From positions 1,242,001 to 1,306,000 of the forward strand of contig NC_087252.1 of assembly GCF_037042905.1 (NCBI RefSeq): a stretch of 64,000 bases of DNA, read 5' to 3'. The position numbers and the translations under genes were made by a program. Of this stretch, positions 37,868 to 51,724 are shown piece after piece. The number at the start of each line of letters is the position of its first letter. The first letter of the stretch is position 1. This DNA comes from Lytechinus pictus (taxonomy: Eukaryota). The notes beneath the pieces are model-generated. The model saw only the letters and a program-made list of their open reading frames with translations, ran no database searches and was not told the origin of the DNA.

Positions 37868-38857
37868 AAAGATGATACCATCAAGTTGCTTCAGAGTCAT
37901 GTTGGGGTTGCCAAGGAGAAACTCTGTCAGCTGATCGTCGAAGGTGACGGCCGCCATGACAGTGGATGTGATTTCGATGGTTCTTCATCGGCCACCAGCC
38001 AAGAAGATCCTGCATCGATTGGTACAGAGCCAAGTGTCAGCGAAAAGTCCGTCACAGAGAAGCCAGTAGATTACGCCCAGGAGTCCGGGGGCTCTCAACA
38101 GAACAGTCCCGTTAAGAAAAAGAAAAGGTCGCCGAAGAAGTGCAAAGGAACATCAACGAAAGGTCTTTCAATGGAGGAAGAAGCAGTGACGGTTGTCGAT
38201 TTGGAAGATAAAAATGTTTTAGATCGATCTTCATCTGCGTTAATACCTCCAACAACTGGTCGACGGGAGAGCTTAAGCGTGCAAAGCATACGCAGGAGAA
38301 GAGCAAACAGTCTTCGAAGTGTCGGCAGCGCGTCGTCCCAATTTGAAGAACTGCGCAACTGTATCGCAAAAGAACTGCACCAAGCTCAGCATATATCGTC
38401 AAACCTGCGCGATTCCATAGCGCAGGATTTGGGCTCGTGCCGGGAAAGACCTTTATATTACGATATCGCGCGCACGGAGGGAGAAATAATGTCATCCTTG
38501 AGCAAATCCTACAGACTAAGAGATGACGACACGCATTCTTTAGCAAGTAGTACATTCACATATGATAATCCTGTCTTTTCTCGTGATCAGTTTCCAAGGA
38601 GAAGTAACAGCAGTTATCGGACAAGCAGAACAAGCAGACAATCCAGCTTTCGATCCGTTGCCAGTATTGCCCTTGAAATAGCAGAGAGCTACTCGAGAAA
38701 AAACAAGAACGGGAACGCCAAAGACAGAGAATTGCAGTGGCCAAGTTATATTCCGCCCAAGGAATCTAAAGTGCGCAGTGGGGAGCCTTTACGAGTTGTG
38801 CGCAGCTCAGAAGCGCCAATTGTGTATACTAGGAGCATATACAATACATACGTTTGA
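37868..38857 (+). CDS. GPR156: GPR156-like coding exon 7 (coiled coil and long Ser/Arg-rich cytoplasmic tail, stop)
   Basis: TTTACAG|AAA in phase with exon 6, giving ENAALKRSLGE|KDDTIKLLQSHVGVAKEKL; 329 codons open to TGA. Confidence 0.88.
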   Translation, partial: KDDTIKLLQSHVGVAKEKLCQLIVEGDGRHDSGCDFDGSSSATSQEDPASIGTEPSVSEKSVTEKPVDYAQESGGSQQNSPVKKKKRSPKKCKGTSTKGLSMEEEAVTVVDLEDKNVLDRSSSALIPPTTGRRESLSVQSIRRRRANSLRSVGSASSQFEELRNCIAKELHQAQHISSNLRDSIAQDLGSCRERPLYYDIARTEGEIMSSLSKSYRLRDDDTHSLASSTFTYDNPVFSRDQFPRRSNSSYRTSRTSRQSSFRSVASIALEIAESYSRKNKNGNAKDRELQWPSYIPPKESKVRSGEPLRVVRSSEAPIVYTRSIYNTYV

Positions 38858-39887
38858 ACGAACATAAAGATCAATTATGCTTTAACTCAGACATGTCAGT
38901 TTGCTTTAATGTATATAAAAGTATCGATTTTGTGAAGATACAACTATATTTATTACTGAAATGAACTTTGTTTTAACTTATTTTCAAATATCGTAATATG
39001 GAGGTATAATGATGCTCTGCTGATGCAAGCCGTCAGTAATTTGCTATTGTGTTTTGTACTATTTACAAATAATTATCAGAACTTCATTACGGCTTAATAT
39101 TGTATGGCAGCGGTGTGAAATTCAGGTTCTAGGTGTCAATCTGGAACAGTTTTGCTCTGATAAAATATTAGATCTGTCAAAACTAAGATTTAACAATTAT
39201 AAATCATGGTTAGTTTATTTTAGATATAATGATGACCACCTTTTCATGAACATATGAAATATGAAATATATATACCTAATGAATATTCATGACGACTGTT
39301 TTCACAAAATTTTGCTAAACTTTAAAATTCAATAACTTTGTTATTTGTTATCCGATTTTGATGAAGTTTTCGGCATTTTGCTCAGTGAATTCTACTCTAT
39401 TTATTAAGCTATACATACTTTCAGCCCGGACCATCCCTTTAACTGAACATGCGACATGTCGTAATTCCGCCGGAAAGATAGTGTTTACATTCATGGCGGT
39501 GTGTTCACATTGTGAAATACAGTGTAGAGTCACCTTCACACTGTTAAATTTTAGTATTTTAACCATTTTACCAGTGTGAATCACATCTTCACAAAGTAGA
39601 CTATAAACACACACCATAAACACTCACGTTGGCCAACCGTATGAAATGTTAGGCCTATTTCACATTTTTAAATTTAGAGTATGAATTATATCTTCACATA
39701 GTTCACTATATGAACACACACCATGAACACTCATGTAGACCAATTGGTCAACCGAATGAAATGTTAGGCCTATTTCACACTTTTAAACTAGAGTATATGA
39801 ATTATACCTTCACAAAATCCACTATGTGAACACACTGTGTGGCACTGCACTGTGTGATACTATGTTATATCCAGCATTGATATTGGT

Positions 39888-42493
39888 ACCAACGAACGTA
39901 GAGGGTGTCAACACTGTGCAGGTATCACGATTCTAATTAGGCCTACAGCAGAAAGGCAAAAGATATTAATTCGACCTAACCCAATTTTTTTTATTCTGAT
40001 ACAGCTGATTAACAAAAGTGTATGCATATAATTATTCATCTGAAACTGATTCTATGGAGGGCAACTACTGAACTTTCTTTTCCAAATCAAGAGATAATGT
40101 TACTTAACTTATCTATTTGACCGGCGGAAGAATTAGGGTTATTTTACTGTATCGGGTGAAGAATTTGTTCCCCCAAGGAGATGTCTTCATAAATGCCGAT
40201 TTATTTTTAAAATGGGCCGGTTGAGGTACCCTTTTGTGGTCATATATGGACTGCCAGATATATATCCTATCCAGCCATAGTAAATATTCGACTTTCTATT
40301 TTTGTCCTTATTCTTAATGATTTTTTTTTTATATTGACATTTTTACACACGAGTCTTGGGGAAATGTTTAACGCGCGTGACACCTGGGCCCCGTCTTACG
40401 TGTGTTTATTCTTCCATTGCGAGGACAGAATCAGCGTTTTCAAACGTCGATTCAAAACGCCGATCGTAAACGTGGTTCTGGGAGTGCTGTTTATGCTTCA
40501 CTTTTCAGAGGCGAAATCACGAACTCCAGCTGGCTTCGCATCGTAATTTTCGTTGAGCAGGAAAGCGAGGTCAAATTGGGCGCGCCCTTTTTCGAAAGTT
40601 TTTTTCCTGAGAGTTGTTATAGGGAAGGTACGTTGACTGTTATTTAAACATCGAACAATTTCCAATATTTAGTCATTGCATGGAGCTACTTGACATAGCC
40701 ATATATTTTCCACCATGGTGAGGATAATAGTGAGAAAAAATAAAGAATATTAAAGTATACATAATAAAATAATAAAACATCTATTTGTTTATAGGCATCG
40801 GGCGATGTCTCCTCATTATAACTCATGTTCCAGGGTTTTTTTTTTGTAAATCCCTCAGCATTCATCGTGATGACAAATTGGAAGAGTAATACTAGTGATA
40901 GTACTTAAATCAATTATCACACATGCAAATGTAACAAGGGAGATGAGAGGTAATGAGAGGTAACACGCGACCATGGAGCAATGCGACTGTATTTGCCCGC
41001 GGATTTTCATCTCACCGGAAGCATGTACCAAATGACGTAATTTAAACACGTTTACGATCGTGGTTCTGTTTATACTTCCCCAGAAATCCTGATTCTGGTC
41101 AAACGACGTTTACAAACGCACCTTTTTGTGAGTTTACGATCGGCGTTTTGAAACAGCGTTTATGGACGTTCCACAGTTAAAGTGAAATCCATGTCATTTT
41201 CACCAAACTTTCCACATTGATACTTTAGAACCTTAATATTCGAAATATGCAAAAATTAACATAGGTCCATGTGCTTGATTTTTTGCTATAGAGCTTCAAA
41301 GTATACCCAAATTGATGTTCTTAAAAATTGCGCATTCAAAAGAATTTGGCATTTTTAGACCACCCAAGATTACTACAATGAGTTTAAACCTATATTACTC
41401 AGTCAAAATACATGAAAAAGTCATCAAATTTCGCAAGAGAGTTAATAATTGTATCGTTAGAATGGAGAATATATTTATAGTGCTATTTGTTTGCAATTTT
41501 AAGTTTAACAGCACTGCCATTTCTTAAAAATTGCGTAAAAGACAACAAAATCCCAATCTAAAAAATGTGAAATTTCAGTTACAAACTACAAACGTACAAT
41601 AAATGCTGCACTTTATTCAAAATCCATGTCATTTTCACCAAAATTTGCAGAGTTGTAGAGGAAGGTATACCTAAGCGGTACAAACATTAAAAAATAGGGG
41701 TTCATGTGCTTGTTTTTAAACTATCAGCATTTTTATTAGAGCAAATGTGCTTTTTAAAACACCTAAAATGCGCCAAATGCTTTGTATCTATGTGAAGAAA
41801 AAATCAAAACCACTCTACCATTCATTCAAACTCGGGGTAATATTCGTGATTCTTGGCAGCACTGCAGAGTAAAGTATTTTGAAATTGTAGAGAATGTTTT
41901 TTTGAATGGTCCATGGAATAATTCCACTTTATAGCTTCATGAAATAACACATCGGATCTGCAGTTAAAGTGCAGAAGATGAGAAAAATCAGCTCATACCC
42001 GCAGCTAATTAATCACCTGTTCATCCATTGTGACGTCAGCGCGCAGAGTGTAAACTATGCGCAGATCATAATGCGCACAAACATAACTGTGGAACGTCCT
42101 TAAATGAAAGTAAGCACGGACGCAACCGTGTTTTGGACTAATCACGTTTGGAAACGCTGATTCTGGCCTGAAATGTGGAAGCATAAACACGGCCAAAGAG
42201 TAACGATGGATCCTATCAATCGTAAGACTGTGGAAATCCATCAACGTCATAAATTTTTCTTCAGGAAATTTGAACAATGTCCTTTGTAAACAAGGAGAAG
42301 CATCTTGCATTTTCAAGAAAACAATAAATATATGATTATACACCTTAGTTAGAAAATATTTGAACAAACATGCATAATAGATGTTGACGTTGCGTGTTTT
42401 CCATAGTTGTTTTTATTGGACCAATCCTAACTCTTTGTAAGACGGTTTCAGCAGTGTTCATGTATATTGTTGACACCCTCTACGTTCGCTGGT
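39888..42493. mobile_element. 2.6-kb region bounded by 26-bp inverted repeats with nested repeats inside
   Basis: ACCAACGAACGTAGAGGGTGTCAACA (39888-39913) versus its reverse complement at 42468-42493, 25/26 match; no clear TSD. Confidence 0.5.
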
Positions 42494-43537
42494 TTAAACA
42501 TGATCACCTTTACCATGACATAGTTTCATGTACAAATCAAAAAAGGTAATCACGGTTTTACCATTGTCTTATCATATGATAAATACAATCAATAAAATAA
42601 TGAACTGTGACCTAAATGCTAAATTTTTACCATGGGCTTATGACATGCCTCATATCAATAACATAATATAAGAATCATGGTTTTAACGTGATTTTACCAT
42701 TTCAGAATCACTATGCAGCTAATTAAGATATCAATTCAGGATAACGATGAAAGCAGAGTGTAATTTTATACCACTTATTCCAAACAGTGACTTTACTTTT
42801 GTGTTTTACTTAACATTTATTTTTCATTACATTTAACATAATGTAAAAATGATAGAATTGCCTTCAGCAAAAAGAAAGTATGTTCAAACATGATTTTAGC
42901 ATGTTCAAATTACCAACAATAATTGCAGTTGTTACTTCTTTTTCTCTGACATTGAACTAGGGTACTTTAACTCCTTACGCTGAATATTGAGTGTTTTTAA
43001 GTAACGTTCTTAAATATATTTTAGTATGGTATCTGACAGTGGCTGAATACATGGTTAAAATGAAGGGGCCCTTTAGTTGAGCTGAGAAAATGAAAAAGCA
43101 TGTCAAATTGACGCAATATGATTGTGTCTTCTTTTTTTTTACCTGGATCAATATCTTTAAATTTAGATATAACTAAATCGATCTATTTTATTGTGGAAGA
43201 TCAGTCGAATAATTGATTTGAAATATAATGTTCATTAATCTATGGTGCTCATGGTGATGGTGATATTAGCGAGTTTTCGTAATTACATCGAGAACGGATT
43301 CTACAACATACTACACAAAATCTATTTAAACTGTCCGTCAATCACAATGAACAGCCGAGAGGTCTTTGTCGAAAATTGGTGCACCGGGACTGCAGAGGAT
43401 CGTCGTAAAATTCTGAGCTGACGAATAATTGCAAATAATTATGTCGTTTGTCCAGATTCACGGACGACACCAATGTTTTGATTCACCGATTTTCAACAAA
43501 GACTGCTTTGTCATGAAGGGCTTTCGACAATTCTGTA

Positions 43538-43766
43538 CACTGTAAAAATTGTGGTGTTAAAACTGACAACAGTTGGTGTTAATAGAGGACCACACCCTGA
43601 GGTGTTAAAATTTCACCCTAGAGATTGAACATAACACAAAAGAGTGTTAATGTAAATACCAAAGGTGTTGCATAGGTGTTGAACTAACACTGTCAAATTA
43701 ACACCGGTGTAAAATAACTGGTTCGGTCCTCTATGTACACCGGTTAACACCACAGTTTTTGCCGTG
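43538..43766. mobile_element. MITE with CAC termini and TA flanks
   Basis: TA|CACTGTAAAAATTGTGGTGTTAA...TTAACACCACAGTTTTTGCCGTG|TA. Confidence 0.75.
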
Positions 43767-45296
43767 TACGTTCTGCGTAGTGGTTGTGAAAACTCCTTAT
43801 TGTCTATGATAGTTAATGTGAAAGGTATTACACTTTAATTACAACTAGATTGTTGAAGTAAATGTTAATTCCAAGTCAAAATTGGCGTTCGACGATTGAA
43901 GTACTCCATCAATTATAACACATTAAATCTAATAAATTATTGAATCAATAATTTTAAAAGAATTCATTTACTCTTCGCTTATTACTTTTGCCTGTTTCAG
44001 AGCCTGTTTGGACTTTTGTTGATGTTGTTGTTGTTTAAGGGGTAATAATGCAGAGAAAAATCAATTTTCAAAGTTCGAATTAATTTTCCGATATAAAAAG
44101 AAAGGGTGAAGCGTGAAGTTTAGCAATAGATAGGAGGTAATAACTAAGTTCAAAGGGGAGACCGCATTTCGTAGCAGAAAATTCTGAGGTAATTCTTCGA
44201 TCTTCCTTCTTGTGTTGAGAACAAAAGTTCAAAATTTCCTTATTTTCAACCAACACAGGTGAAGATTCATGATCATTAAGTGCAAAAGGCTTTTTCTAGT
44301 AGTAAGTAAAAGAACATTAATTCTTACCCGATGTCGATCGTCAAACCGCAGTCACATCGACAAATCCGACTCCAGACCGAACAAAGTTATTACATTATAT
44401 CCAATTGCAAACTATCGATCGGTTTGGAATCTGATTCGCTGGATTGACAGCCGCACAGACCACAGGGTAACGGGAGTTCACGAGACAATCAAAGAAAACA
44501 AGACCACATCGACTGGGGTTCGAGAAAGGATATTGATTAGCATTCTTGGGAACAATGATGTAAAATTGGTTTAGGGTTCGTTGATTATTAGAATTGATCT
44601 TGGCGAACGATTGAGCCGTGGATGGATGTCTAATAGATTTCAGATAATTTTTGTACCGTTTCGCTTCACCTAGCAACTAGAATTTATAAAAGTAACTAAG
44701 TAAGTAAGAACAACGCTTAAGTCAGTCTAAATATGTCATTTCACAAGACACCCCCCCCCCCCGCCGAATAGAGGCAGCGCAATTGAATAAATTCCTATTC
44801 TGTCCCAATTAAAGGAAACATATAACCCTTGTGGGCATGTAAACTGAACTGAATGAAAAGCGTTGCATAACTTAGTTTAAAACAAAAGTTGTCCATATTT
44901 TTTTATTATTATAATTTTTTTAAACAAAAATCTTTATGGGAAATTTGAAACGCGATTCAGCAATATTGATTCAAACTGGTAGGCCGTTTTGACAGATCCC
45001 AGTGGCTTGTATTTCGAACTCGGGTTTAGTTTAATATTCACCAAGAACATAATAAGCTGGCGTTCAGCTGTGGAGGTCTTATGTACTGCCAATTGCAAAG
45101 AGAATTAAGTAAGTAAGTTAGACCATGGTCTAAATTAAACTGGACTTGAGCATAAAGGGCAGTTTGTTTTATAGACCAATTCCATCCAAATTCATGTATT
45201 TTTGCGGTACGCCATAAAAATGTAGTATGCTTGGCTAACCCCTCGCATACAGACGGAGGCATACATTATAACGATAGTAATAATATAATGATAAGA

Positions 45297-45598
<302 letters not shown>

Positions 45599-45905
45599 AA
45601 CAGTGATATTAATAAGAACAATAAAACAATACTAATAATAACAATGATGATGATAATAATAGTTATCAATCATAGAGATGAATAAATAAATAGATAAATA
45701 AAAAAAAAAATTGCAGAAATAAAACCTGTAAACCCACAAAACCTCAATGCATAACTAAGAATATGTTTAATTGCAAGGTGTTCTAAGAATGAAAGTCATC
45801 AATGCATTACCACTGAATGTTTGGGGTAACATAGGAAATAAATCTATAAACTATCTAGTAAGACAAAAGGAGACGTGCATTGTTTGCGTTCGTTATCTAT
45901 GACCG

Positions 45906-46182
45906 GGGCCCCGTCTTACAAAAAGTTACCATTGATCCGATCAACCGCAACTATGGATGATCAGCAACGCCAAAATTTAAGTGAATGTTTTGTCCAAAAT
46001 ATTTTCTAGATATGATGTAGTAGTATATTAATAAATGAATTAATCATTGTCTTAACAATTCAGTTAGCTCCTCTTTGTTTACCAATGACCTTGTGTAAAT
46101 TTCCTTTACGAAAAGTTATGAAAATGATGTATTTTCATAAAGAGATTGACTGATCAATCACAACTCTTTGTAAGACGGGGTC
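45906..46182. mobile_element. PIF/Harbinger-like MITE
   Basis: TIR GGCCCCGTCTTACAAAAAGTT / AACTCTTTGTAAGACGGGGTC. Confidence 0.7.
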
Positions 46183-46933
46183 CTGGTATCGATTTGTTTA
46201 AAGAAACTATACCTCCAAAGGCGTCAAATGTCAAAAACAAAACCACACTAATGACGCTGAGTTAGAATAGGTCCATTTTCAAGGTAAATCAATAGTCGAT
46301 GAAAAGAACTAAAAGTCATGTGCGACGCAATTACGGTATATATCATTCATGTTTGTTAAGGAATACTGGCATTTTCATACTAGGAATAAGAATGTACAGG
46401 TGAGATGGGGCATGCGCTCCCAGATAGAAAATTTCTTGTTAAACCTCAGACATTTGCAGTATCATAAGGAACCTTTGAAGATCATGGATTTATAATGAAG
46501 CCATATGCAGTGTTTCCAGTTTATTAAAGACAATTTTTTTCTGATGGTGTTGGTGCAACATAACCGAAGTTAAGGAGCAGACAAGCAGCCTACCAATTAA
46601 TCCTTAACAGAATACCAACATATTAATTACTCAAGATCAATCATTCACTGTATCCATAGCGCCATACTCGTGACATGAGTGAGTTGGATCTCAACACTTC
46701 AGGAACCTTTACTTGCTTGGAAATTGATATGTACAAAGGGAAAAGTTAATTGCGATTTTTATTGCTCAAGCAACGTCCACGAGTCAAGAAGATTTATGTG
46801 ACCAACAATATCATACTGGGAGCTTGGAGTCATCATGAGTCTTTGATTAAAACTGTCCTCAACTGCAGACTAACAGTGAAAATTTTTCTCTCTATGGTAT
46901 GAACTTTGTGCATTGTACAATCATTTTATCATC

Positions 46934-48106
46934 ATGCCGATGGACGCGCATCAGCTGAAGACTTTCCTCCCTGATATCCGGTCTCGGATGCTGCAAGCCC
47001 AAACGAGTCGTAACCTTCAAAAGCAACTCTCGATGCCTCCGGGCGACCCCGTCCAGACGTCCGTGCAATCCTTGACAAGTATAACCTTCCTGCCGAGGAT
47101 CCGTGAACCTGTGAATTCTCAGGCTGGTCAACCGTTTCCCATCAGACCAGAAGTGTCATCCAGGTTGTCGATGGTGAATCAAATGAACAACGCCATGCGA
47201 GAAGCGGACCGGAAGTCGCAAGAGACGGAATTTGGGTCGAGGATCCTGTCGTATCACTCGATACCAACCAAGGCGAGCTTGCTTCAACGAGGAATGCTAC
47301 AAGGACGTGCTTTCCGATTGCCTGCACTGGGTACAACAAATACAGGCGAAAGAACACCTACTCCGGACCCAAAGAGTTCTGTCTCGTCAACATTCCATGG
47401 TGTAGAATCAAGGCAGTCTACAGAGCCCGTTGACCAGGATGACTTTGATGGTTCTGTTGAAACTCGAAATACTTCATCTTTATCCATTGAACCTTACCCA
47501 TTCAGTGAAGAGGAAGTGGACCTGATGGATACACCAAGAGGTGACCCCACCTCTGGTCCTGGCGAACAAAAACTGAAAGCGCCTGTCAAGACCAAACGAA
47601 AAAAGCCGAAGAAGATCACCCCTAAGCCACAGGTTCCTGATCCTGAGCCTGTCAAGGTCAAGAAAAAGAAAGTTAAAAGACGTTCTTGGAAAGATATAAG
47701 ACCGGTTAAGGATCTAACCCCTCTGAAGTATGCAGCACCAACAGCATACGACAAGGAGCTCGATAAACTACTTCCGGATAGAAAATCATTCTTCTATTCC
47801 GGCGCTCTCGAAAGGGAACTCCAAAGGAACATTCCACCTCGCATTCCTGGAGGGAAGCTTAAACCGGTTTACAGGAGAAGTGCTGATGGTGAGATCTACC
47901 TTCCTGAGCACCCTCTGGACATCAAATGTCACCACCTCATTGACGGTTCGGCTCCGAAGGAAGGACAGGATGATAAGACATTGACACGAAGACCCGGTGA
48001 GGATCTTCCGAGCTTTAATGAAAGGAAACGAAGATTTGAGATGCAGGAAGAAATTGAGAAGAATCGCACAGTCGTGTCTTTTGGAGAACCTCCACGTGGC
48101 ACGTGA
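46934..48106 (+). CDS. Uncharacterised 390-aa protein, predicted disordered, Pro/Ser/Lys-rich with basic clusters
   Basis: Long uninterrupted non-repetitive ORF, clearly higher GC than flanks, first ATG at 46934, AATAAA near 49037; no recognisable domain. Confidence 0.7.
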   Translation: MPMDAHQLKTFLPDIRSRMLQAQTSRNLQKQLSMPPGDPVQTSVQSLTSITFLPRIREPVNSQAGQPFPIRPEVSSRLSMVNQMNNAMREADRKSQETEFGSRILSYHSIPTKASLLQRGMLQGRAFRLPALGTTNTGERTPTPDPKSSVSSTFHGVESRQSTEPVDQDDFDGSVETRNTSSLSIEPYPFSEEEVDLMDTPRGDPTSGPGEQKLKAPVKTKRKKPKKITPKPQVPDPEPVKVKKKKVKRRSWKDIRPVKDLTPLKYAAPTAYDKELDKLLPDRKSFFYSGALERELQRNIPPRIPGGKLKPVYRRSADGEIYLPEHPLDIKCHHLIDGSAPKEGQDDKTLTRRPGEDLPSFNERKRRFEMQEEIEKNRTVVSFGEPPRGT

Positions 48107-50384
48107 AGACAGAAACAAGATAACTGATTTGTTTTTATTTTAAGGAAAGTTTTAATGAAAAGACGTTAAGCAATTTAGGCCACCGTCGAAAGTCGTCTAA
48201 GGCATTTATGCCACCTGACACATCTTTCAAACCGACCCAATGGGCCAGTAACACAAAGCTTATAGCCATCATTGTGGAAGAATATAATTACGATTTATTT
48301 CATTGGCCACATTGCACAATCAATCGTAAAAGTCAAGATTACGATTGATCGCAAACCTTTGTGTTACGGGTCCCAGACCGACCAAATTTCAAATTATACA
48401 CCATCGTTCGGTTTGGAGTCTTTTTGTGTGTGTGACCAAGTCCCGTAACACAAAGGTTATGAATCAGCCTATTAGTATCATCGTTACATGCGCATTTTGA
48501 TCAGTAGGCTGACTAGGAACCAATCAGAATTGCTCTTTCAAATCAATTAATCGCTAACCTTTGTGTTACAGGGACAAGGTGACAGGGCACAGGCTTGGAC
48601 AACAGTGATTTGAAAAATATAGGGTACTTCTAAAGTTATATTTGACTTTGATGTGTTCATAATACTCGGGTTTAATACGGCTGGAGCAGTGTAAGATTAT
48701 TTTATATAGCACTTTATAAAATACACCGAATGGTATTGATGATTTGCAATTATTTGATTCCCGCACGTTTTCTGTTTTACTTGTACATGTATATTATTAT
48801 GAAAACAAAGGGAAATGAATCCGGCGAAGAATATTATTTCTCTTTTTATATGCAGTATCAGGAAATATCTCTATGTCACTCGTTTAACAGCAAATAGTAT
48901 TGATTCATCATTTACGAATGCTTATTTACACACTTTGACAAATGTGTTAGCTATATTTATTTTTTTGTTTAGGAAATGCTTTTAATGCACTAATATCAAT
49001 GTCACGCGTTTATCATGCATGCACTTTATGATTTAAAATAAACCAATAGTGGCTGTAAATATTGACCTGTCAAAACTGTGATTTCTTTTTAATCCTCGGG
49101 ATTTACTCTCAAATCTCGGTAGATTTAAACCTAAATCTTTTAGCTCTAAATTTGATTTCAAACCCACAAAGCTTAAATCTGAATTGAACGTTCAGCTGGT
49201 CATTATTCACAACCGTTTTGAAATTTGTTTTGAATTAATGAGGTTACCATTGTTTCAAGTTTATTATTCATTTAAACAAGATGCCAATACAAATAATTCC
49301 TACTACATACAAGGCCTTACACAATGTTTTTTTCCTGGGATGAAGGGGAGACAAGACGCATGATCTTCGAAGAAACTCGATAGCGAGAGCGAAGCGACTG
49401 AGCTTGCCATGAAGTGCAAATTTGAGTTTTCTATAGTAAAATTGAAATACTTCATGTACACTTTCGTGAATTTTGTGAAAATTTTCAGTAAAAAGAATAT
49501 AATTTCATGAACATTTCTGGGAGGACAAGTGCCCCCTGACCCCCCCCCCCCCCGTGTGCGTCATGTATACATACATTATTACAACTAGAAATCATACACA
49601 TGCAGTAAAAACGCTATTTAATGTTTTATTCAACTCTATTTACTATAATTATGAACCTTTCAGTAATGGTTCAAAACCTTAAACAACAAAGTTTGATTTG
49701 TAATGTTTAATTCTCAAAAAATCAAGCATGCTTGTTTAAACTGTTAAACAACTAGAACAGCGTTGCATAAACTTTTTTAAACAACATTTTACTGTGTAAT
49801 GTAAAGGTGAGTAGGGAGGAGTGTCCATCTATCTTTTTGCGTTAGTAAAGCTGGGGAAAGAAGGGATCAAATGAAAAGCAGACAAAACAGATTAAGTTGT
49901 TGGTACGTAAATGACATATCATCATAAAGTTTTATTTATGGTATTCTGAAAGAGAAATAACATAGCCCTTGGGTACAGATTTTAAGATTAAATTCGACGC
50001 ATTCCTTTTATCTTGAACTTTAATCAATGCTGATTTCTATTTCACCTACATGATTAGAGATCTACATATAAATCCTTCAAACAATAATTGATTGCGTGTA
50101 TCTGTACCTTGTTCAATAAAATAATAAATTAGATATTCGTTCATGCATTTTCTTTCATTCTTCGGTACGGTCGAGATTCTCTGAAAATTTGGTTTATTTT
50201 CGTATAGAAATTACAAAACTACAGTCAATGATGACGTCATGAATATTTCAAAATGAACGAGAGGTTACCATTCTTACACGTTCGAATAGTTATATAGATT
50301 TTTATGGAAGCAACAATAAAGTTGTTAACTATGTTATTTTGTCTATATACATTAATAATGATAATGGTGGTGGTGTCTCATTAA

Positions 50385-50546
50385 TACCTTGGTCACATTT
50401 GATCTACGGCGGCCGTACGGCGAGTCGAAAACAGCCGTTTTATTCATTTTTATTCAAACCACCTATATGTAGTTGGTACACAATATGTTAAAACGGCTGT
50501 TTTCGACTCGCCGTACGGCCGCCGTAGAACAAATGTGACCAAGGTA
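50385..50546. mobile_element. PIF/Harbinger-like hairpin MITE
   Basis: TAA|TACCTTGGTCACATTTG...CAAATGTGACCAAGGTA|TAA; near-perfect TIR of about 57 bp. Confidence 0.9.
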
Positions 50547-50949
50547 TAAGCGCACACACCATTCTGAGAGGGTCATTTCGATAGCCCAGCAACAGTTACT
50601 TTGGATATACTCTATATTCATAAATGACACAAAACTTGCATTAAATTGGCCTAATAGAAAAGTGGGAAGGGGCTGACCATGCAAATATCACAATTGGTAA
50701 TTTTCACGCATAGGCTAATTATCAGGGCCGGCACCGGAATATGTTGAATGGTGGCGAGATGAACCGGGTTGGCGTTTTATTTTGTCATAATTAAATTACA
50801 CGGGTAATAAATTATAAACATCCAGTTTCTTTCCTCTTCTTACTTCCATATTCTCGTATTTCTTCCCTGCCACATTTTATCCATTACTTGAATAAAAACA
50901 ATCGTGGGAGGTGACACCCTGTTCCCTTCCCCAGCCGCGTGGAGCCGCC

Positions 50950-51406
50950 ATTTGCATGTCGTCATGAATATTCATTAGATGGGCGGAATATGCCAGAGCC
51001 CCATTAGCATTTTCTTATGTTAGTTCATGAAATGATAATTATTTCATTTTTCCTTACATGTGTGAATGATATATTTCCCTTGTAATAAAATAAATTGCAG
51101 CAATGAATATCTAATGCATTAATCAGTTGTTATTCCATTAGTGTTGGTTATTGAAGGGAAAATTAAATAAACCTAATTTCATATGATAAAATACAACAGA
51201 ACAAGCGGGGATATGACATCAGTTTGTTCACTGAACATGCTGAATATTCATGAAGATATGCTTAGAACTGTTTCACCGGAATAATGCAAATCTTTTAAAT
51301 GCCTTTGTTATTCCTTGTCCGATTTTGATCAAATTTTCAGTGCTTTATTTGTCTGGGTTTTTTTTCTTAATCTTTTCAAATCATATCTTCAGCCTGGAGT
51401 ACCCCT
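50950..51406. mobile_element. Partial copy of the TTAA-flanked element at 52460-53057, inverted
   Basis: Ends TTCAGCCTGGAGTACCCCT|TTAA; interior is the reverse complement of about 52470-52900. Confidence 0.65.
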
Positions 51407-51724
51407 TTAAGCCACTAATGAGCAAGCGTGAAACATTCAACTGGGATTTTCCTTCATATTTAATTCATTTCTAACATGGTACTGATGGTAGCAATTTAAC
51501 TGGTTTACAAACATTTGGGGCTCTTGAGACAATATACATAAACGTAAAATTGATTGATACAGGTTAAAATAACCTAAACTACAGACAAATTAATGATTAA
51601 ATCTAATATATTTTCAGGTATACGTATAATTATGCAAAAACAAGTGAACAGTCAGAATGCAAAACCTAAGCCTCAATGAGAGCTTCAGCTGAGACAATTA
51701 TACCCTTTTTTGCATAATTATGTA

